Part shown: positions 57,555 to 64,000 of the stretch, piece by piece
How the letters are laid out: each line of letters opens with the position of its first letter
Numbering within the stretch: position 1 is the stretch's first letter
Origin: Kofleriaceae bacterium
GTDB taxonomy: Bacteria; Myxococcota_A; Polyangia; Haliangiales; Haliangiaceae
Assembly: GCA_048500355.1 (NCBI GenBank)
Contig: JASNYD010000006.1
Span: 288,211-352,210 of the forward strand
Direction: 5' to 3'
DNA length: 64,000 nt
Made by a program: the position numbers and the translations under genes
The notes under the pieces: generated by a model
What the model was told of the DNA's origin: nothing
Database searches by the model: none
The model's input: the letters and a program-made list of their open reading frames with translations, nothing else

Positions 57555-58952
57555 TCAGTCGACGCGGGTGAGGCACTCGACGACCAGCCGCTCGCCGGCG
57601 CCCAGGGTGCCGCGGTAGCTCGCCGCCAGGCCCGATGGCGTGTAGTCGCACGCCGGCGACGCGGCGATCTCGAAGCAGTCGCCGCCGGCGCCGTCGCAGC
57701 GCTCGACCGCGCGGCGGGTCGCGCCAGCGACGGCGAAGGCGCGGCAGCGCTCGGTGACGGTGTCGGTCCCCAGCTCGCCGAACAGGCACGGCCGCCGCGC
57801 CATCACCCCGGTGGCGGCGCGGGTGACCCGGTACAGGCGCTGGCTCATCGGCGCCTCGCACAGCGGCGCGAACACGGCGCGCGACGGGAACTCCCGGACC
57901 ACCGCGTCGAGGCGGATGGCCGGCGCCGCCTCGACGTCGGTGCCGGGCGCGACGCAGGGCTCGAGCGACGGGCGCTCGGGCGAGGCCGGATCGGGGACCA
58001 CGACCACCGGATCGATCGAGCCGTACATGCCGGCGAGCATGACCAGCCCGGCGGTGGGCGTCAGGCCGCGCAGGAACTCGATGTACTCGGTCGGCGGCGT
58101 GAGGTACGGGCTGTCGAGGCGCGGCCGGCAGCGCGCCTTCTCGCCGAACCTGCGCGGCTGGTCGGGGTCGCAGACCACGCCGAACTCGAAGCAGCGGAAG
58201 CTGGTCCGCGGCCCCAGCGGGCTGGTGGGGCCGGCCTCGGGATCGCCGTAGATCGCCGGATCGAAGGCCGAGCAGTCGTCCTCGTCGGTGAGGAACAGCA
58301 CCAGCAGGAGCGCGTCGGCGCGGCGGAAGCCGGCGTTCTCGGGGTGACGGCCGTCGAGGGCGCGGCGCACCGCCTCGAGCGGCTGCTCGAAGCCGCAGCC
58401 GTCGACGCCGAGGCTGGCGGCGCATGCGAACGCCTCGCCCAGCGTGCCCTGGTAGTTGGTGCTCCGGCCGCCGGCGCCGTCGTCGCGATCGATCAGGAAG
58501 GTGCCCTGGACCGGGCAGGTGACGCCGACGGCGCCGACCCGGAAGCGACCGTCCCAGCTCGTCGCCGGGCAGCCGGGCACGCCGTCGACGCCGACGCCGA
58601 CATCGGTCGAGATCACGGCGAGGTGGAGGTCCGCCGGCTCGCCGAGGTCGGTGGTGAGCTGGGCGAAGAGCTGGTCGCCCGCGGCGGCGACCAGCGCCGC
58701 CTGCTCGGGCGCCATCGAGCCCGAGGTGTCGACGACCAGGAGCACGTCGATGGCGCGGGTCGGCGCCGGCAGCGGATCGAGGACGGTGCGGAAGTCCTCG
58801 CCCAGCACGATCTCGGTCGAGCGCTCGCAGGCGGCGAGCGCCGCCGCCGCGACGGCGACGGCGACGGCGACGGCGACCAGGGACCCGGCGCGACGCCCGA
58901 CGCGATCGCGGCCGCGACCGCCGCCGCGCGCGCGCGCCGCCGCCGCGATCAC
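57555..58952 (-). CDS. von Willebrand factor A (VWA) domain lipoprotein with a Cys-rich C-terminal region
   Basis: GTG at 58952 overlaps the upstream stop (GTGA). LVAVAVAVAVAAAALAAC is a lipobox. VWA MIDAS motif DVLLVVDTSGSM, with LVLFLTDEDD downstream. Confidence 0.7.
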   Translation of the reverse strand: MIAAAARARGGGRGRDRVGRRAGSLVAVAVAVAVAAAALAACERSTEIVLGEDFRTVLDPLPAPTRAIDVLLVVDTSGSMAPEQAALVAAAGDQLFAQLTTDLGEPADLHLAVISTDVGVGVDGVPGCPATSWDGRFRVGAVGVTCPVQGTFLIDRDDGAGGRSTNYQGTLGEAFACAASLGVDGCGFEQPLEAVRRALDGRHPENAGFRRADALLLVLFLTDEDDCSAFDPAIYGDPEAGPTSPLGPRTSFRCFEFGVVCDPDQPRRFGEKARCRPRLDSPYLTPPTEYIEFLRGLTPTAGLVMLAGMYGSIDPVVVVPDPASPERPSLEPCVAPGTDVEAAPAIRLDAVVREFPSRAVFAPLCEAPMSQRLYRVTRAATGVMARRPCLFGELGTDTVTERCRAFAVAGATRRAVERCDGAGGDCFEIAASPACDYTPSGLAASYRGTLGAGERLVVECLTRVD

Positions 58953-59734
58953 TTCGCCCCCTTGCACGCCGTCGACAGCCGCGGTCGCTGCGCCGACCGC
59001 GGCCAGCCGGCGTCGAAGGCGTCGAGCGCCTCGGCCCACCGCCCGTCGCCCAGCCGGCACATGGCCTCGACGCGGATGGCCGCGGCCTCCTCGGCGAGCT
59101 GGCCGCGGCGTCCGAAGCGGGCGACGTGCTCGTCGGCGGCGAGGAGCGCCGCCGACGCGTCATCGCGGCGGAGCGCAGCCATGGCGTCGTCGACCAGCGC
59201 GACCTCCGCGGCGAGCGTGGAGCGGGCCGAGGTGGCGCCCAGGCGATCGCCCGGCGGCCGGCGCGACGGCGGGGGCGGCTCCGGAGCCGCCGGCGCGGGG
59301 TGCGGCGCGGCGGCGGCCGCGTGCTCGGCCTCGTGAGCGGCGCCGGGGACGGCCGCGCCCGCGGGCGCCGGTCCGGTCGCGCCGTGCGTGCCGTCGGGCG
59401 GGGCCGCGACCGCCGGCGGCGCGGCCGTCACGACGGAGGGAGCCTGCTCGGTCCCGGGACCGCGCGCCCCTGGCTCGCGCATCACCCACCAGGTCGCGCC
59501 GCCGACGACCAGGGCCAGCGCGCCGACCAGGGCCAGCTTCACCCCCAGCCCGGTCGCCCCGGCGCCGGCGCTCGCCGCGCCCGCCCCCGCCCCGCCCGCG
59601 CCCGCCGCCACCCCGGCCGCGCCCGCGATCACCTTCGCCTGCATGCGCGCGATCGCGGCGTCGTCGGGGCCGAGGCCGTCGCGGGCGGCGTCGACCAGCG
59701 CCTGGGCACGCGGGCTGAGCGGATCGGGCGTCAT
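58949..59734 (-). CDS. Anti-sigma-factor-like membrane protein (cytoplasmic N-domain, one TM helix, periplasmic Ala/Pro-rich and helical domain)
   Basis: ATG at 59734 overlaps the sigma stop (ATGA). MTPDPLSPRAQALVDAARDGLGPDDAAIARMQAKV..., then the TM helix LGVKLALVGALALVVGGATWWVM. The periplasmic part has a TPR-like tail (...AEEAAAIRVEAMCRLGDGRWAEALDAFD...). Confidence 0.55.
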   Translation of the reverse strand: MTPDPLSPRAQALVDAARDGLGPDDAAIARMQAKVIAGAAGVAAGAGGAGAGAASAGAGATGLGVKLALVGALALVVGGATWWVMREPGARGPGTEQAPSVVTAAPPAVAAPPDGTHGATGPAPAGAAVPGAAHEAEHAAAAAPHPAPAAPEPPPPSRRPPGDRLGATSARSTLAAEVALVDDAMAALRRDDASAALLAADEHVARFGRRGQLAEEAAAIRVEAMCRLGDGRWAEALDAFDAGWPRSAQRPRLSTACKGAK

Positions 59735-60330
59735 GGGATCTCCGGGGCGCGCCGCGCCACCGCGGCCTCGAAGGCGCGGCGCGCGAGGCGGAGGCGAGAG
59801 TAGGCGGTGTTGAGGTTGAGCCCGAGCAGGGCGGCGACGTCGGGCACCGAGAGCTGCTCGAGCTCGACCAGGGTGAAGACCAGGCGCTTGTCCTCGTCCA
59901 GCGTGTCGAGGATCGCCGCCACCGCCGCCGCCGCCTGCGCCCGGGACAGCGCGGCGAACGTGTCGTCGGCCGAGGCCAGCGTCCCCTCGTCGATGGCGTC
60001 CTGGCGATCGGTCTTGCGGCTGGCGGTGCGACGGTAGGCGCCCGCCACCCGCCGCGCGATCGCGAACAGCCAGGTCTCGACGCGAGCGCGGCCGGCGAAC
60101 TCGGGCAGGCGGCGATGGACGACCACGAACACGTCCTGGACCGCGTCCTCGAGCTGGGCCTCGGCGACGCCGAAGGCGCGCACCGTCCGCCACACGAAGC
60201 GGACGTGGGCCTGGTAGACCTCCTCGAAGCCGGGCGCGGCGACCGCGGCGGCCGCGGCGGGCGCGGCGACGGTGGCGGGCGCGACGGGAGGCATCGAGGG
60301 TTGGTGTCCGGACCGGGCGATCTCCGTCAT
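59731..60330 (-). CDS. ECF (sigma-70 family) RNA polymerase sigma factor
   Basis: Region 2 is FEEVYQAHVRFVWRTVRAFGVAEAQLEDAVQDVFVVVHRRLPEF and region 4 is RLVFTLVELEQLSVPDVAALLGLNLNTAYSRLRLARRAF. ATG at 60330 (alternative at 60294). Confidence 0.75.
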   Translation of the reverse strand: MTEIARSGHQPSMPPVAPATVAAPAAAAAVAAPGFEEVYQAHVRFVWRTVRAFGVAEAQLEDAVQDVFVVVHRRLPEFAGRARVETWLFAIARRVAGAYRRTASRKTDRQDAIDEGTLASADDTFAALSRAQAAAAVAAILDTLDEDKRLVFTLVELEQLSVPDVAALLGLNLNTAYSRLRLARRAFEAAVARRAPEIP

Positions 60331-60331
60331 G

Positions 60332-61432
60332 CTACCGCCACCCGACCTCGACGCCGAGGCGAACGCGGCCGGCCAGGGGATCGGGCTGGAACAGGACGGT
60401 CCCGCGATCCAGGACGAAGCGCGGCCGGTCGATGGCGCGCAACATGTCGAAACCACCGACCAGGGCCACGTGCTCGCCCAGGCGCGCCCGCAGCAGGACG
60501 CCGAGCCCGGCGGCGCTGTACGGGCCTTCACCCACCCGCGCGTCGAACAGCCCGACGCCGCGGCCGGTCATGGTGCCGACCTCGCCCAGGGCGCACACCC
60601 GCGGCCCGTAGCGATCGGGCTGCCAGCACGCCCGCACCGCCAGCGCGTCGAGGCCGACGGCGGCGCCGAAGCGCTGGCTCGCCGGCAGCCCGGCGAGCCG
60701 CTCGAGCCAGCGGGTGCCGACCACCTCCAGCGCCAGCGTGTCGCGGACGAGCCACAGCCCCAGCTCGAGCCCGGCGCCGACCTTCGGCGTGATGCCGGCG
60801 CCGCTGACCAGCGCCGGGCGAAGGCCGCCGTCGGTGCGGACCCGCGACGCGGTCGGCGGTGGCGGCGGTCGCGGCGAGGCGCGGCGTCCTGCCCGACCCG
60901 GGCGCGGCGGCGCGGGCGACGGCGGGGGCTCGAGGTCCGCGGGTCGGCGCGGATCCATCGACGCCATGACGTTGCCGTCGTCAGGCGGCGCCGCCACCGG
61001 CGATGTGGGCGCCAGCGGCGCCACCGGCGCCAGGGCGCGGGCCTCCGCCACGGCGCGCGCCAGCACCACCGCCACCGCGTCGGCGAGCTCGTCGCATCGC
61101 CCCGCCACCAGCTCGCGATCGACGTCCGCGACCGGCGTCCACACCACGACCCGCGCCCGCAGCCGGCGCCCCGTCCGCGCGACCGTGATCGTCGCGTCGA
61201 GGGTGTCGCCGGCGCCGAGGGGTCGCGGCAGGCGGGCGTCGAGGCGCGCCCGCAGCGCCGCCTCGTCGGGGCAGCCGGCCGGCGCCCGCCAGCGCACGCT
61301 CGCGCTGGCCACGGCGGGCGGCGCCGGCTCGGCCGCGGCCGTCCGCCCCGCCATCGTCGCCGCCATCGCCGTCGCCGCCGCCGCGAGGGCGACGACCAGC
61401 GCCACCCGCGCGAGACCGCGGCGACCCGTCAC
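60332..61432 (-). CDS. Secreted protein (N-domain, Pro-rich linker, C-terminal beta-rich domain) leading the second ECF sigma operon; paralogue of 37184-38095
   Basis: GTG at 61432 gives VTGRRGLARVALVVALAAAATAMAATMAGRTAAA (signal). The Pro-rich linker is LAPVAPLAPTSPVAAPPDD...PPPSPAPPRP. The C-terminus is ...LGVEVGWR. Its stop lies 2 bp from the sigma ATG. Confidence 0.5.
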   Translation of the reverse strand: MTGRRGLARVALVVALAAAATAMAATMAGRTAAAEPAPPAVASASVRWRAPAGCPDEAALRARLDARLPRPLGAGDTLDATITVARTGRRLRARVVVWTPVADVDRELVAGRCDELADAVAVVLARAVAEARALAPVAPLAPTSPVAAPPDDGNVMASMDPRRPADLEPPPSPAPPRPGRAGRRASPRPPPPPTASRVRTDGGLRPALVSGAGITPKVGAGLELGLWLVRDTLALEVVGTRWLERLAGLPASQRFGAAVGLDALAVRACWQPDRYGPRVCALGEVGTMTGRGVGLFDARVGEGPYSAAGLGVLLRARLGEHVALVGGFDMLRAIDRPRFVLDRGTVLFQPDPLAGRVRLGVEVGWR

Positions 61433-61606
61433 CGGGTCCACGGTACGCGGCGCGCGGGACGGCGGCAACCGGGCGCCGCGGCGACCCCGGCCACCCGCGG
61501 GTGCGGCGCCGGCGTGACACGAGGGGGCGACCGCATCCACGATCTGTCAGGACGGCGCTCGCGACCCGTCGTTGCACCGCCCCCCGGGCTCGCATACGTT
61601 CCGGGC

Positions 61607-62116
61607 ATGTCCGCCAGGAGCCTGCGTCGCAGCTTCGCCACCCCGCTGGTCGTGACCCTCGCGGTCCCGGCCTGCATCGTGAGCTCGGGCACGAAGTCGC
61701 CGCCCGCCGGCACGACCACCGATCACCGCGCCCAGCCCCAGCCACAGGTCAACCCGCCGCGCACCGTCGAGCCCGGCGACCCCACCAGCGAGACGCCGCG
61801 CGACCCGCAGCCCGGCGACACCACGGTGCAGGCGCCCCCCGGCGACGTCGAGCTCCGCTCGTGGCACGTCCACCAGAGCACCTCCGACAAGGCCTGCTAC
61901 GCGACCCTGAACATCACGTGCCCCACCCAGGCGACGTGCAACCCGCCACGGCCCAGCAAGGTCGAGTGCCCGCCGGGGCTCACCATGCCGCAGGGGTTGA
62001 CGATCGAGGAGACCTACCCCGGCCAGTGCGGCGTCTTCTACCCCGATCCGCCGTGCCCGGCGGGCGCCACCTGCAACCCGCCGCCCCCGGTCTCGGTCGC
62101 CTGCCCGACGCGCTGA
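61607..62116 (+). CDS. Small Cys/Pro-rich lipoprotein with internal CPxxATCNPP repeats
   Basis: ATG at 61607 gives MSARSLRRSFATPLVVTLAVPAC (lipobox). Repeated motifs are CPTQATCNPPRP ... CPAGATCNPPPP. Confidence 0.55.
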   Translation: MSARSLRRSFATPLVVTLAVPACIVSSGTKSPPAGTTTDHRAQPQPQVNPPRTVEPGDPTSETPRDPQPGDTTVQAPPGDVELRSWHVHQSTSDKACYATLNITCPTQATCNPPRPSKVECPPGLTMPQGLTIEETYPGQCGVFYPDPPCPAGATCNPPPPVSVACPTR

Positions 62117-62128
62117 GCGCCGACCGCG

Positions 62129-62836
62129 ATGTCCGCGCCCGAGGCCTCCGACCGCGTCCGCGTCGAGTGGCGCAACCGCATCGCCGCCGAGTACGGCTCG
62201 GCGGCGATCACCCAGCACTTCGTGCTGTGGCTCATCCAGCTCGGCGCCAGCCCCGACCTGATCGACGACGGGCTCGCCATCGTCAAGGACGAGCTCGTCC
62301 ACTCCGGGCTGTCGGCCGAGGTCTACACCGACGCCGGCGGCGACGAGCCACCGGCGATCGATCGCGCCGGCCTCGGCCTGCCGCGCCGCGACGTCGCGCT
62401 CGAGCTCGACGTCCTGCGCGCGACGCTGCAGATCTACTGCCTCAACGAGACCGTGGCGGTGCCGCTGTTCAGCCACCTGCGCGCCGGCGCGACGGTGCCG
62501 TCGGCGCGCAAGGCCCTCGACCGGATCCTGCGCGACGAGGTGCGCCACCGCGACTTCGGCTGGGACTGCCTCGACTGGTTCCTGACCACGCCGCTGGCCG
62601 ATCGCCTCCCGGCCCTGGTCGAGGCCGAGCTGCCGCGACTCTTCGCCCACCTCCACGAGAGCTACGGCAGCCGCGACGACGGCGGCGTGACCGACGACGA
62701 CCGGACGTGGGGCCTGGCCCCGCCCCACGAGTACGCCGACATCCTCGACGAGACCTTCACCCGCGACTACCTGCCGCGCTTCGCCGCCCGCGGCGTCGAC
62801 GCCGCCCCGGCGTGGCAGGCGCGGCGCCCGGCCTGA
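62129..62836 (+). CDS. Ferritin-like (di-iron four-helix-bundle) domain protein
   Basis: The paired ExxH-type ligand spacing (DELVHSG ... RDEVRHRD) is typical of ferritin-like/DUF455-type proteins. 235 aa. Starts 12 bp after the previous gene. Confidence 0.55.
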   Translation: MSAPEASDRVRVEWRNRIAAEYGSAAITQHFVLWLIQLGASPDLIDDGLAIVKDELVHSGLSAEVYTDAGGDEPPAIDRAGLGLPRRDVALELDVLRATLQIYCLNETVAVPLFSHLRAGATVPSARKALDRILRDEVRHRDFGWDCLDWFLTTPLADRLPALVEAELPRLFAHLHESYGSRDDGGVTDDDRTWGLAPPHEYADILDETFTRDYLPRFAARGVDAAPAWQARRPA

Positions 62837-63009
62837 TCGTTCCCACGCTCGATCGTGGCGGCGATGGCCTGCCCGTCGAACCGCGGACGTTCAGAACCTC
62901 CATGATGGAGTGCGCCCTTGCAGGTGTCGCCGCCGCCGTGACGAGGGCGAGGATCGGGACCGGCCTCCCCATTGATTTCGGCGGGCTGCCCCGGGATAGT
63001 GCCGCCCCG

Positions 63010-63957
<948 letters not shown>

Positions 63958-64000
63958 GCCCGCACCGGCCGGGACACCGACCGGCAACCGACCGCGCCGA

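Overview
64 kb, very high-GC (~70%) chromosomal segment, most likely from a Myxococcota-type deltaproteobacterium. This is an inference from GC content, the abundance of lipoproteins, eukaryotic-like Ser/Thr kinases, a PEGA-domain protein and ECF sigma modules. Because of the GC bias the six-frame track is full of long Arg/Gly/Pro-rich spurious ORFs. I called about 55 genes by protein-likeness, recognisable motifs, signal peptides or lipoboxes, and start/stop coupling. The content is mixed housekeeping and accessory genes.

Housekeeping-type calls: MgtE, FolE, ApaH, an ABC-F ATPase, acyl-CoA dehydrogenase, quinone oxidoreductase, a KamA-family radical SAM enzyme, a molybdopterin oxidoreductase with a truncated haemoglobin, and LysR and MarR regulators.

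The accessory content is a large load of secreted proteins and lipoproteins: M15/LAS peptidases, an M14 peptidase, alpha/beta hydrolases, a VWA protein, a PHP-domain lipoprotein and a DUF4397 protein. It also includes two Ser/Thr kinases, one of them fused to a STAND-type NTPase, and two paralogous ECF sigma/anti-sigma modules, each led by a secreted beta-rich protein.

Most notable:
- A DUF4157 (zincin-like, eCIS/polymorphic-toxin associated) protein with a C-terminal Cys-His-Asp domain, followed by a lipoprotein that is a candidate toxin-immunity pair.
- A 1.6 kb intergenic region built from three repeat classes, including a ~950 bp hexanucleotide microsatellite.
- A palindromic dispersed element present in two inverted copies 32.7 kb apart, one of them tandemly amplified.
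- Two apparent frameshifts, one in the anti-sigma gene and one at the N-terminus of the kinase-NTPase gene.

No rRNA, tRNA, CRISPR array or transposase was seen. Internal start coordinates were derived by hand from the ORF-track frames and may be off by a few bases.
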